Assembly: GCA_946965045.2 (NCBI GenBank)
Contig: OX337231.1
Coordinates: 2,232,001 to 2,296,000, forward strand
Origin: Epithemia pelagica
Taxonomy: Eukaryota; Protista; Bacillariophyta
Length of the DNA stretch: 64,000 bases
Direction: 5' to 3'
The position numbers and the translations under genes are program-made. Below are positions 1-11,800 of this stretch, in pieces (position 1 is the stretch's first letter; each line of letters opens with the position of its first letter). Under the pieces are notes generated by a model. The model was given only the letters and a program-made list of their open reading frames with translations, did no database searches and was not told where the DNA came from.

Positions 1-513
1 CTGGAAAGTAAGGAAGCGTACCCGAAGGCAGCCTGATGGGGTGGTCGATAGGGTCGTCGCTATGTATCGGTAGCTTGGAGATTGGAATAGCAAGTCTAGG
101 AGTCGTTGGATATCCTCTAGGTCGACGACGGGTTGGACGGACTCGAACGAGACCTCGTGTTCGAGCGTCGAACGGATGTGGTCCGGGTCGCTCTGATACT
201 CGGATGGCTCGCGGAAGTAACGGAGGTGCGCGTTGATGAGACGGCTCGTACGTCGGGTGCGAGTTGGGTTCGGGCGAGGAGGTGTACTCGGTCGGCGTGC
301 AAGGGTGTTCGGCGGGCGATTCGGGTCGGACGGCGGAGGGACGACTTGATCGGGAGTCTGGAACGGATTAGGCGCGCTAGCCTTCTCCGGGGAGTTAGAG
401 GGCGTCTCGATGAGGAATTCGCCAGGGTGGACGGCAATCTGCTGTGTTGGGTCACCACTCTGCTGGAAAGCATTGTAGATCCGACGGATAGGAGTATTGG
501 AGTCACTGGACAT
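1..513 (-). CDS. Partial ORF (171 codons, runs off the left edge), probably the Pro-rich start of a retrotransposon gag
   Basis: Translated by hand from ATG at 513-511 to base 1 with no stop (MSSDSNTPIRRIYNAFQQSGDPTQQ...PPPSDPNRPPN...). Starts 31 nt after the putative LTR end at 545. No catalytic motif is visible, so the gag call rests on position only. Confidence 0.45.
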   Translation of the reverse strand, partial: MSSDSNTPIRRIYNAFQQSGDPTQQIAVHPGEFLIETPSNSPEKASAPNPFQTPDQVVPPPSDPNRPPNTLARRPSTPPRPNPTRTRRTSRLINAHLRYFREPSEYQSDPDHIRSTLEHEVSFESVQPVVDLEDIQRLLDLLFQSPSYRYIATTLSTTPSGCLRVRFLTFQ

Positions 514-544
514 GAAAACTTCGGGGAAATGAGACAGGTGAGAC

Positions 545-831
545 TGTTAATCTAGTAGAATTCCGTCAGTACACGCTCTAGAAGAGCCACAATCGATTAC
601 CAACTGATACCAAGGTTCTCCACGGGTCAGAGAACAAAGGAAACCCAAGGGTTCTATCGTAGGGATAGTCAGGACACTGAAGACGTGATGATATGGTAAT
701 GTTAATGATTGTGAGCTTACTACTAGGTTTGGTGTGTGAGATTTCCATTCTTGTTGTCGATCGTGTGAAATAGGTTCTTGGCGGTGATAGGTCTGGAATG
801 GTTGGAGTTGATGTATGTGAGGTATATAACA
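545..831 (-). mobile_element. Putative 5' LTR (287 bp) of a minus-strand LTR retrotransposon truncated by the window edge
   Basis: Segment bounded by TGTTA (545) and TAACA (827-831), a typical LTR terminal inverted repeat, directly upstream of the long minus-strand ORF. The partner LTR is outside the window. Confidence 0.45.
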
Positions 832-2048
832 TGTATATGTGCTTGTATATCATATACAGCCTCAACGATTCTTGGCTAAAGTTGGTATATGTAGTTTTGT
901 TGGCACGTCCTTGTTTGCAATCTTGAAATAGTGGGAACGATGATATGGTCTCGCGTGATCGTGATTCGTGCCTTGTGTACTTAGACCGTTGGGTCGGATA
1001 CATGATCGCCACGCTCGGATAGTTCTTGCGCGCATCTTGACGAATTTGGGCGCGCACGCTTAGGGCATAGGTCAGGCTCGGATGTTCAACGGATGATCAT
1101 CCGTTGATGGGATATCAAGACCAAAGTTGATTCTTGATAGCACGTTCGTCAATCTGTTCTCACTTTTTGGTATATGCGACCGAAATATAGGTTGAGCTAG
1201 CGCGAAGCTAGGTATGTAGTGTGGATGTAGGTGATGTAGGTGATGTTTGAAGCCACGGGACTCGACTAACCGATGAGGTGCCGAACCTAACCGATGATTT
1301 TCGGTGAGAGTTCTACTACCTTCGTCACGAGATTCAACGCCTTGATGACTTGAAGAAATATCGACAAGCTGAATTAACTCAGAAGGAAGCCATGGTTTGT
1401 AAAGTACAAATTCAAGACGTGACCGTTCTGGAGAACCAACTCCGTGCGCTCAAGAAACAAATGGTGGAAACCTCACAGAAACACGGTGACATGGCCCTCA
1501 TGCCTCCGGGAGACGATAAAGTTCCCAAATCCCCAGTCACAGCTTTGGGTGACAGTGGTTGTGTTTTAGATACGGAGGACAAGACTCCATGCACACGGGC
1601 CTTGGTGGCCCATGATCCGTTGATGGACAATACAGTTCCAATAGTTCCATTTAGCAGGAAGCGTAAACAGTCAAGCATGTAACCAAAACCAAGATCAACC
1701 AGGTAGATGCTCACTGCTCACCTAAATCACTGCTCAGGTATTTCACGAATGGTAAATGGTAACCATGGTTTCCGACAGGGTTCGACAAGAATCATTAGTG
1801 GGTCTAAAAGATGGAAAGAACTTGTGTTTCTAGGAGTACTAGAGAAGAGTATCAATAGAGAGGGTAGTGGGTAGAGCTACGGTTGTGATTCTTGTGATGG
1901 TTCCGTTTTCCCTTCTTCCGATTTGAAATTCGGTCGCGCTTCTATAAGGCGCCGAAACCGTGAGTGGCGATCGGCGACCGGCGACTGTAAAGTAGACTTC
2001 CGACTTCCGACACATCTAAAAATCAAACCCAGATATATCGCTTGTACC

Positions 2049-3335
2049 ATGGCATTGCCACCACCCTTACCCAATGAGTACGATACCATTTGGCCATCCA
2101 AGAGTTCAACATTTATTTTTGGCCGAGTAGCGAAAGCCGATGAATTGCAATTCCTTGGTTACAAACGAAAGAGGGGCAAGAAAACCAGGGCTGAACAAAA
2201 GAACGTGATTCGAAAGAGGGGCGACGTAGTGGTTGCTATTGATGGCATCAGCATGCAAGGAAAGAAATTCGCAGAAGTGAATAATATATTGATCAACAAG
2301 ACAGACCAAAGAATGACACTTCGTATGCGTCAGAGTCAGAAGGCAGCCACCTCTCCTTTTCTTGAACGTGCACTGGCCTTGTCAAAGTCGAGCATCCACA
2401 CTCATCCCATTACCTCGCAACAGCCAATGGAGGACTTTTCCTTAAAATTTAACCCCCAACATGGATCATCATTGACGCAAGCTGACAGAACCCCATTGTC
2501 TTCCTTCGAAAGACGAGAAGCACAACTCAAAGAGGAAATCAACCATCACCGTAGAGAAATTGAGCGCCTCCAGGAAGAGCAGAGACGGCATGAGGCTGAA
2601 CTCGCGAGAAAAGAGAAGATTCTTTTCGATGCAGAACAGGAAGAGATCTTGCGAATGGAAACACGATTGCAAGAACTCAAGAACAGGGCTGCCGATCGCA
2701 ACATCCGACCGATTGGCCACGAGGCAGCAGGGAACGAGCAAAGAGCTAATGAAGCTGCCACCAAAATCGACTTGGTGACAGAAGAGTCATCGTCTACTAC
2801 CACCACCTCCGAAGAAATAGCTCATGCGCAACTGGAAGAAGCAAGAAGCGACGTCGCTGCTTCATCGTGTGGTCAGAAGAGGAAAGCTCCTCCACTGCGA
2901 GGAACACAAGATGTCGACAAATCTTTGCAACCTCCTCCTTGGAAATTTACCACAATGGGGGGCAGGGGAAGCTTCGGTCGCCCTCCTTCTCTTCAGCCAT
3001 CGCCTCCTTTGGCCTCAGCTCAATCTCCTCCGTCATGGTGCATTTTGCCTCCGCATTCAACGGGTCTTGTTTCTGGAATACCACAGGATAAGAAACCCAA
3101 AGCACAAGTCCCATCGGTAAGTGGTCCTTTGCCGTCCACATCGGAGCAGAGTGAGCATCATTCAACGACGGTCACCAATACGTCAAATACAATGACAGGA
3201 CCGCGAAACATGTCCAATTTACCAGCATGGCTGACCCGTGGTGGTATGAGTGGGACGTCTGCGCCCACTGGATATGCGAATTCCTTGTCGCGCTCCATAT
3301 CAACCCGAGAGGATCTCCCACCGATCCGCCTGTAA
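2049..3335 (+). CDS. PDZ-like domain and coiled-coil protein with low-complexity Pro/Ser C-terminus
   Basis: 470-codon ORF; likely start MALPPP at 2049. RGDVVVAIDGISMQGKKFAEVNNIL...MTLRMRQ resembles the C-terminal half of a PDZ domain, followed by an E/R-rich coiled coil and basic NLS-like motifs (KRKRGKK, QKRK). Confidence 0.65.
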   Translation: MALPPPLPNEYDTIWPSKSSTFIFGRVAKADELQFLGYKRKRGKKTRAEQKNVIRKRGDVVVAIDGISMQGKKFAEVNNILINKTDQRMTLRMRQSQKAATSPFLERALALSKSSIHTHPITSQQPMEDFSLKFNPQHGSSLTQADRTPLSSFERREAQLKEEINHHRREIERLQEEQRRHEAELARKEKILFDAEQEEILRMETRLQELKNRAADRNIRPIGHEAAGNEQRANEAATKIDLVTEESSSTTTTSEEIAHAQLEEARSDVAASSCGQKRKAPPLRGTQDVDKSLQPPPWKFTTMGGRGSFGRPPSLQPSPPLASAQSPPSWCILPPHSTGLVSGIPQDKKPKAQVPSVSGPLPSTSEQSEHHSTTVTNTSNTMTGPRNMSNLPAWLTRGGMSGTSAPTGYANSLSRSISTREDLPPIRL

Positions 3336-3631
3336 TTTTCTAGTTGTGGTTCGATGGAGGCTAAGTAATGTTTTGCGTTTCTCTGAGCTGAGAGCAAGTT
3401 AAACGATATCGCTGACTGCAAACTCTTATTGCAGTATACACGCGAAGTATTGTTCTCTCTAGTGTTGACCTTAACTTGGATGCACTGTCAAAGATGACGT
3501 TGAGTAGTTGAGTACATTATATATCATGATCTATTGTACGCGAATGGTAAACGATAACTTATTGATCTTTCAAATTCCACAATCTCAAACAACAGCTCAC
3601 CTTGATTCGTAGATGCACAAGTTTCGCAGCA

Positions 3632-5495
3632 CTATGCGCCACCACTTCCATTGCCAATGTTCTGATAGTCTCCTGATGAGGAATCCCCTCGACCTGCCTG
3701 TGACATGGCTAGTAAGCCCGAAGTGTCAACACCATGCACATTGCCTTCCCCATCATCGGCCACTGTATTGTAGAGAGAGTTGGCCGCCGATGAAATGGAA
3801 TCGGCCACGCACGAGAAGAGGGGTTGTTGTTTGGCCACACGCGCTCCGCCTCCCATGAGCGCAGCGTCTTCATCGTCTGCGCCATCTCGAGATGGAGAGT
3901 ATCGAACGGCTGCATCTACATCCACATCATCTTCTTGACCTGTGTAAGCTGCAGCCATGGCCAAGGCAGAGTTGTTTTTAGAAGCACCCGGAGGGAGAGA
4001 GACTCCAATCTCACCCCGTTCCAAGGGTTTCTGGGCAAACGACCGATCCGGCGCCGCTGCGGAGGAAGAGCCCGTCGTTGGTGGAGCAGCCGCAGGAGTT
4101 CCAAAGCCCAACCAATCCATCCACGACGAGTCTTGCTGCGTGGTCGCAGCTGCCGGTGAAGTGGAAGGTAAAGCATTGGTTGTTTTGGCTTTGGCGGATT
4201 TTTGCTGTCGTTTCTCGGCTTTTTTGTATTCTTCCTTTTGCAATTGTTCTGCCAGTTCCATGTCCGTTGCCATTTGAGAGGACAGCTGAGAGGCTGCAGC
4301 TTGGTCCTCTGCGGTAGAAACTGGTGAAAAGGAAGACGAACCCGACGATTTGGGGGTTGCCTTGGTTTTTCCCATTGCATTGACCGCGGCAGCATGAGAA
4401 CGTTGTTCAAAGGTATCCGCCCGCGCCGAAGCAGAGCCCGCTGGACTCTTGTTTCGTTTCTCTTGTTCAATACTGGCCATAATCTTTTCTTGTTCCGCAA
4501 TCAAGGCTGCCTTCTCTTCATCGGACAAACCCTCAATTCCCAAGATTGCGTCGATCGCATCTTGATCCAGTCCACCACTTTCCCCCGTGGTTGGATTGGT
4601 TACTGTCGGTGGAGCCACCGGAGTCATATGATAGGCTGGCGGTTTCGTTTCTTCTGCCATTGGGTCCAACAAATCTTCAAACACTGGAGCCGAAGCAGCT
4701 GGCGGACCCAATGGTGGTGCTGCGGCAGAGGTTTCCAAATTGGGATTCCATGTAACGGTAGGTTGCGTCGTCATGGGCGGTGGCTTGGCTGTCGTAGCAG
4801 GGGGTAAGAGGGCGTCCTCAAACGCCGGTGGTGGTGGCGCAGAGGGTGGTGCGATCGATTGAGGTGGCAGCAATGACACATCAAAGGGAGGAGGAGGAGC
4901 GCTTTGCGATTCAGCAGGTGTATCAAAAGAATCCAATAAATCAGCCGGCGGAGCGGTTGAAGGAGGAGGAGGAGCGGCTCCTTGTTTTGCCTTCTCTTGC
5001 GCGGCCATAATTCGTGCCTGATCGTGGAAAGTACGATGGGTAAAAGAAATGAGAACATTCATAACGCGATGGGTGTTGATATCATAGCGATGAAACAATA
5101 TGGACGAATGGTCCGTGAGTCAAGTAAGCAAAAGAAATTATGTGAGAACCAAGTGGACGAGCGATAAAAAACAGTCGACGGAAAGTGGCAGACAGTCAAG
5201 TAACAGGTGAAACACGGGGATAAAAAAGCTAACGCACCAACAAAGCATTTTTGCCAGTCTTTGCGGGAGCAGAAGTGGTCACGGGGACCGTTGCTGCAGC
5301 GGGGGCTGGTGGAGCTGTGTAAGTTGGGGGTGCCGGAGCCGTCGTGGCAGCAGGTGCGGCTCCCAACTGTTGCAATCGTTTTTCTAGATCCTTGACGGCA
5401 TCTTCCGGAGACGACTTCTTCTTTACTGCTGCATCTTGAGTCTCCGAGCTACTGGACGCAGTTCCGGAGGATGGGTTGGGCTTTGTCATCATCAT
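3632..5495 (-). CDS. Uncharacterised disordered protein, tandem paralog 1 (~547 aa, 2 exons)
   Basis: Exon 1 5495-5238, GT-AG intron 5237-5018, exon 2 5017-3632; the spliced length is a multiple of 3. Shares conserved blocks and intron position with the paralog at 6335-7947. Confidence 0.8.
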
Positions 5496-6334
5496 CTTGA
5501 CTTGTTCGTGTGTCAACTCACGTTGCTATATCGTGATGCTCAGCAAAACAATGATGAGTCTCAAATGTCTACAATGTGCTGGTATTCATTCAATCCACCG
5601 ACCGGCTTGAAGAATGTCCTTCGCACTGTCGGAGATGTGCTTACGGTGGTACAAGACGACTCTTGCGTACGGTTTTCGCTTCTCTTGGCCAACGGCTATG
5701 AAACAAACAACGCAATGCGTCGAATCTGCTCTTCGCAACGGATGAGGATGCGGAGGGAAATCGCGAAAGACGAATGAGACTCAGGAAACGCGACCAATCT
5801 GCTGTAACGACAGAGAATTCGTTTCGAAAAGCTATCCATCGTCATTCGTCGCTACCCATCGTCATTCGTCGTCATCATTCCAAAGTGCAAAGTACTCATA
5901 GGAGTAGCTTGTCACCTTGTTCCCTGTCAACCTTGAGAAGCAACAACGCCAAATTTCTTTCCTGTAATGGCATCATGGGCCTCTGAGGCAGCCCCGTTCA
6001 CAGAACTCGAACAAGACTTACGGGAGAATACCGTTCGCCACCGAAAAAGTAATACGAGTAGAAAAGCGAAACCTGCTCTACAACGCATTGTGCCAAACAA
6101 AACTAGCCGCCATGAGTTGTCTTGTCTAGAGGAATTAGGAGAACAATCTATGTATCCGTGTCCACCAATGATCACCCACCAAACCACGTGTACCATCCAA
6201 CAACCCGTCCCATTCTGATTTCCGTCTAATAGTAGCCATTACACGCATATTGTAGCCCAGGATGGACTGACCAATGTTGGTGACGCCCAGAAGGGATGAA
6301 TGGTCATGTGGATGGACCTGAGTGCTCGAAATGT

Positions 6335-7947
6335 TTAAGTGCCACTGTTTGAATTGCCCAAGTTTTGGTATCCTCCCGCGGACGGATTTCCTAGCCCTAA
6401 CAAGCCCGAAGTATCCACACCATGGACATTGCCTTGTCCATCATCGGCTACGGTATTGTACAAGGAATTGGCTGCGGACGAAATGGAATCGGCCACACAG
6501 GCAAAGAGGGGTTGTTGTTTGGCCACCCGGGCTCCGCCTCCGCTTCCACCCATGAGGGCAGCATCTTCGTTGTCGCCACTGTCGCGAGAATAGCGAACGG
6601 GGGCATTGACATCCATATCGTCATCGTCGTTCCCCGTGTAAGCCGGGGCCATGGCCAAGGCGGCATTGTTTCGAGAAGCGCCCGGAGGAAGGGAGACTCC
6701 AATTTCACCCCGTTCCAAGGGTCGTTGGGCAAACGACCGATCGGGCGATGCCGGTGGTCCTGTTGGCGTCGGGGAACTGCCAGTTGCCGGAGGAGGAGTC
6801 GCACCAAAGCCCAACCAATCCATCCAGGACGATTCTTGCAATGCCGCATTCGTCGTATTGGACGGTGAGGATGATGATGACTTTACTGCCTTGGCACGTG
6901 CTCGAGCCGCTCGTTGCTGTTGTTCATCCGCCTTTTTGTATTCTTCCTTTTGCAATTGTTGGGCCAATTCCATATCGGCCGCCAATTGTTCGTCGGCGGT
7001 TGTGGCTGCCACGGCAGCAACTGTCGTCGTTGTTGTGGTTGTCGTGGAGCCTCCTCCAATCGCATTTACGGCCGCCGCATGAGACCGTTGTTCAAAGGCA
7101 TCGGCACGTGCCGAAGCGGTACCCGCTGGACCCTTGTTTCGTTTCTCTTGCTCAATGCCAGCCATAATCCTTTCTTGTTCGGCAATCAAGGCGGCCTTTT
7201 CTTCATCCGACAAGCCCTCAATTCCCAAGATTGCGTCAATCGCATCTTGATCCAATCCTCCACCTTCCTCTGTGGCCGCTACGTTCTGGGCTGGTGGCTT
7301 GGCTTCGGCCGCCATGGGGTCCAACAAATCACCCACCATGGGAGTCGCCGAGGGAGCTGCAGCGGCCGCGCTCTCCAAAGTGGGATTCCAGGAGTCGGTA
7401 GATTGAGTCGTTGTCGTAGTCGACAACAACGAGTCTTGGACGGGAGTCGATGGAGGTGGAAGCAGCGACGACATGTCCAGAGGAGGAGCGTTTTGCGATT
7501 CGCTAGGAGTATCAAACGAATCCAACAAGTCGGTCGGTGCCGCCGTCGTGGGAGGAGCAGTTCCTCCTCCTTGTTTGGCTTTTTCTTGAGCGGCCATAAT
7601 GCGGGCCTGCCATATCATGCGTTCCAGAAATTCAGAGTTAAGAGGACCAAGAGTTGAACAACAACAACAAGACCAAAAGGTTTGAGGCGTCACGTCGTGC
7701 CACACACAAAAAAGACGCTACAAAAACAACAACGTACCAACAAGGCATTTTTGCCCGAAGCCGCTGCCGTGGATGGAGCCGTCATGGTCGCTGGTGCCGC
7801 CATTGTCGTCGTCGTTGTTGTTGTTGTGGTTCCCAACTGTTGCAATCGATGTTCTAAATCTTGCACTCCGTCGGAAGCAGGAGTGCTTGTCGTCAATTCC
7901 GAAGTTTGTGCCTTGGAGGAAGTTTCGGCAGGCTTGGTCATCATCAT
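6335..7947 (-). CDS. Uncharacterised disordered protein, tandem paralog 2 (~493 aa, 2 exons)
   Basis: Exon 1 7947-7738, GT-AG intron 7737-7607, exon 2 7606-6335. Blocks shared with paralog 1 include KNALL/ARIMAAQEKAKQG, LDQDAIDAILGIEGLSDEEKAALIAEQE, DMELAxQLQKEEY, SWMDWLGFG and ARVAKQQPLF. Confidence 0.8.
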
Positions 7948-8515
7948 CTTGGCAAAAGTAGCTTGGGTGTGTCGTGTCAAGGTCGACGACAATCGTGGAG
8001 GATGGAGCAAAAGGGCTTACTCGTAACAAGCGTGGAGTCTGGGTCGTGCGACGCGTGAGGATCCAAACAGAGTATTGTTTCGATAATTCAAGTTTCTCGT
8101 GTCTCTCTCTTTCGTTCCAAGCGGCCAAACTGCTTGGACTGTGGCGCAAGTAAGAAAGAAGACAACGACTGTTGCGTGGAAGACTACTTGGTAGTAGAGT
8201 TGTATCACTCTTGTGCTTGTTTCGGGTCAAGGACCAAAAAGACACTTGGAACTTGGAAGTGAGAATGGTGGCAACCGTGGCTTCCGCGAGGAGGAAAGAA
8301 TAGACACGAATGGTCATCTCTCTTTTCCCATGGATTCGTTCCCGAGCGCGACTCAACCAGCTGACTTGACTCCCGTAACTTGTATCCTTAATGGAGATGC
8401 GACGCCTGAACGTACGCATGACAGACATATTTCTCTGGAATCTGCTTCATGCGATTCTCAATTCTCAAGACCAAAGTGTTTAATTACAGAAACGCTAATT
8501 TCATTGAGTCATTGG

Positions 8516-8719
8516 TGCCATACCCATGCATAATGGTAGGACGTAAAAATTATGATCTTTAGGAATTAGGCTAGGAAAGTGAGCGATGGCCAGAGAAGCC
8601 ATCTGCACACGGAACAAGGACGGACTGAATTCTGAGAACGTCGGTGTCAAAGATTCAACTAGGGACCTATCGAGTCATGTTTACGTGGAGTCGTGGCGGG
8701 ACAGAGTCCGGGTACCGCA
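8516..8719 (-). repeat. 3' LTR of the Gypsy element (204 bp)
   Basis: Identical to 14011-14214 except one base (8521 T versus 14016 C). Confidence 0.97.
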
Positions 8720-8733
8720 CTCTACCTCTCCCT
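8720..8733 (-). other. Polypurine tract
   Basis: Minus-strand AGGGAGAGGTAGAG immediately precedes the 3' LTR. Confidence 0.8.
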
Positions 8734-8806
8734 GGTCGGACCTAGGAAGTTCGAGCGGGCCATGGGAAAGCTTGATGGCCAGAGGCCAACGGCAGTAAAA
8801 CCCATG

Positions 8807-11800
8807 TCACACACGGTAAGGGATGAGACGCCTGATATTGATGCGCTCGGTAACGTGGGGACCACGTTGAATGGTCACGGTGCCATTGGAATGGACACGT
8901 GTGATAGTGAAAGGATTGGGACTGGTACGAAGTGCCAATTTGTCCGGATTGGTAGCGCGGATGAGCACGCGATCTCCAATCTTGTAATCATGAAAGACGC
9001 GAGAGCGATTTGCGAGTCGACCTCGTTCGTCAACGATGATTTGGCGTTTTTGACGAATCAATTCCATGTCCGCAAGGATGGGAATGTCAAACAGCATGTC
9101 ACGGTGGAACGCAAGACTGCCGGGAGAATGTTTGAGGCTGCCGTGGATGGCAGTGCGTGCAGAGTATGCAGCGGTTTGCAGAGCAGTGTCGACCATAAGA
9201 GCGGCCTGTTCAATGTTTTGCGGCGGCTCGTAGTTAACGATAGCGCGTAATGAATTGCCAATCGTCAAATGAAGACGTTCACATAGGGCATTGGATTGTG
9301 GATTTTTGACCGTTAGGGGCACTGGCTTGATGCCATGATTGCGAAGCACTTGCGTAAACGCATGGCCGATGAACTCGCCGCCTTGATCAAAAAGGCAACG
9401 AACAGGGCGAGGATAGCGTGAAAGCCATGAATTCTCGAGTTGGAGACCAACATGTCGAGCGGTTTTATCGTATATGCGGATAATCTCGCAAAAATTGGTG
9501 ACAGTGTCAATGACCGTCAGAGCCTGAAAGGTCAGGGCCATGCCATGGACTTTGACTGTCCAGGGGCCGATAAGATCGACGGCAATGTCGGACCAGGGAT
9601 TACCACGGACCTCACGAGGAGGCAATTCTCCGTAATGTCGATGAACGACCTTCGATCGTTGACAGGTCGGACAGCTGGAAACAGCTTGATCGCAGTAGAG
9701 TCCCAATTGGGGATGCGTCATGTGCATGGCGATAGTATCGCGAAGTCGCGTGGAACCAGCGTGGTTAAGCACGAGATGATACCAGTTGACTGTATGCGCG
9801 AGAAGCGAGTCAGGAATGCGAATGCGCCAGAGGGCATTAACCGCTTGTCGATAACAGACAAGGTTGTATTGTGGATTTTCCGTAGGAAAGGGTTGCAAAT
9901 GATAATAGTCAGGTTTGGATTGAACCAACGCCATTAAGGCGGCATCGTTTTGTTGATGCTGAAATATCGTAGCATAGTCAACCGGTAGGGGTTGGTTGGC
10001 CGTAATGGCGGGATGATTAAGATACACATCGATCAACTCTTTGTCCATGAAAATAGGGGATTCATGAGAATCCGCGTCACGAGACGCTAAGCGGGGGTCA
10101 TCATTAGGCGCACGAGGAACCTGAAACACGGAGTGTTTGCCGCTGTGATCGAAAAGGGATCGTGGTCCAGACAAGGGACCGTCGGAAGGGACCTTGGAAG
10201 GGACACTCTTCTCCTCCTCTTCTGAAAGAGGGAGACGCGACAACGCGTCGGCGATGACGTTATCCTGGCCAGGAATATAATGAAAGATGGGATTGTATTC
10301 TTCGAGAAAGAGACGCCAACGAAGGACTCGTTGGGAGTTGAGAGTGGAAAAAGTGAGATTTTTGTGATCGGTATGAATGTGCAAGGCGGCACAGCCAAGC
10401 AACATGGAGCGGAACTCCTTGAGGGTTTCGACGATGGAGAGTAACTCCTTTTCCATAGTGGTGTAATTCCGCTGAGCGGGGTTGAGCTTGCGTGAGAAAT
10501 ACACGACAGGGATGTTTTCCTGCATGATAACAGCGCCGAGCTGATAGTCAGACGCGTCCACATAGACGTGGAAAGGAATGTTGTGATCGGGATAGCGGAT
10601 AAACGCATCATGCGCAAGCATGGCTTTGACGTTTTCAAAGGCTTTCTGACATTGCGGGGACCATTCAAAGGTCTTCTTGCCGGTCAAGGCTGTTAGCGGA
10701 GCTAAGTGATGGGATCGCTGAGGATACATGTGACGATAGAAATTAACCATGCCAATGAAGGAACGTAGTTCTTTCATGGTGCGAGGAGGCGATAAAGCAA
10801 GAATCGCGGAAATCTTTTTCTTCCATGGTCGTAGACCTGTAGGCGTGAGCCAATGGCCAAGGAAGTCGGTTTCCTGCACGGCCCATTCACATTTGTGAGG
10901 AGTGATAGAAAAGTTCTTGTCCTGAAGACGTTGAAGGACTTTGTTTAGAATCTCGACATGTTCTTCCCAACTGTCGGAAAAGACGCCGATATCGTCGATG
11001 TAGACTTCGACGTGATCGCGAAAGTCAGCGAGGACTTCTTCCATGAGCTCCTGACAGAAGTCTGGGGATTGCTTAACTCCCATAGGGAGACGACGATAGC
11101 GAAACTTGCCAAAAGGCGTAGTGATAACGCAAAGATTGCTGGAAAACTCGTCGAGTTTGAAAGTGTGAAAACACATAGAGATGTCAAGTTTTGTGAAATA
11201 CTTGTAGCCTTTGCGTCGTCGAAGAATATCTTCGATCCTTGGAAAGGGATAGACGCGGCGATACATTTGCGCATTAAGCGAACGAAAGTCCGAGATCATT
11301 CGGATTCGTCCATCCTTTTTAGGAATGGCGAAATGAGGAGCGGCCCACTCAGTGGAACCAACTCGTTCGAGAATGCCGATATCGACAAACCGAAACAATT
11401 CCTTTTTAAAGGTGTCATGGATATTGCGAGGGACCGCATAATGACGATGATGAGCCGGTTTGGCATCGGGCATGAGATCGAGATGCAACTCTTTGTCCGG
11501 ATAGGCACGCAGGACGCCATCAAAGATGCGCCCGCATTTCAGCCACACACCAAGAAGATCTTGTTGTTGTGAGGGCGTCAGATGAGTCTGTTGAGCAAGA
11601 AGCTCATCGAGATCTGCCTGTTTGTAATTTGAATCAAGCAGGTAATCGTCACCGAGGACGTCATCATCTGCGAAGAGATCGATGAAATGCGAGACGAACT
11701 CATGTTCAGTCGCGAATGAGTCGCGGTCGCGCATAGCGACTTCAATGGAGTCCCACGAGGAGATCCCACGATCGAAATCAAGAAGGACGCCCAGACGGCG

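Noticed and set aside
601-612. TGGTATCAGTTG as the primer-binding site of the left-edge element
   Set aside because: Not preceded by an LTR-type CA end; the TAACA end at 545 fits better. Kept only as an alternative.
5831-5870. 20-bp tandem repeat, plus (GA)n and (CAA)n tracts elsewhere (~20392, ~40750, ~45740)
   Set aside because: Ordinary microsatellites or slippage repeats; no spacer structure, so not CRISPR-like.
7718-8428. 236-aa minus-strand ORF upstream of paralog 2
   Set aside because: No recognisable features; overlaps the real exon 1 in another frame.
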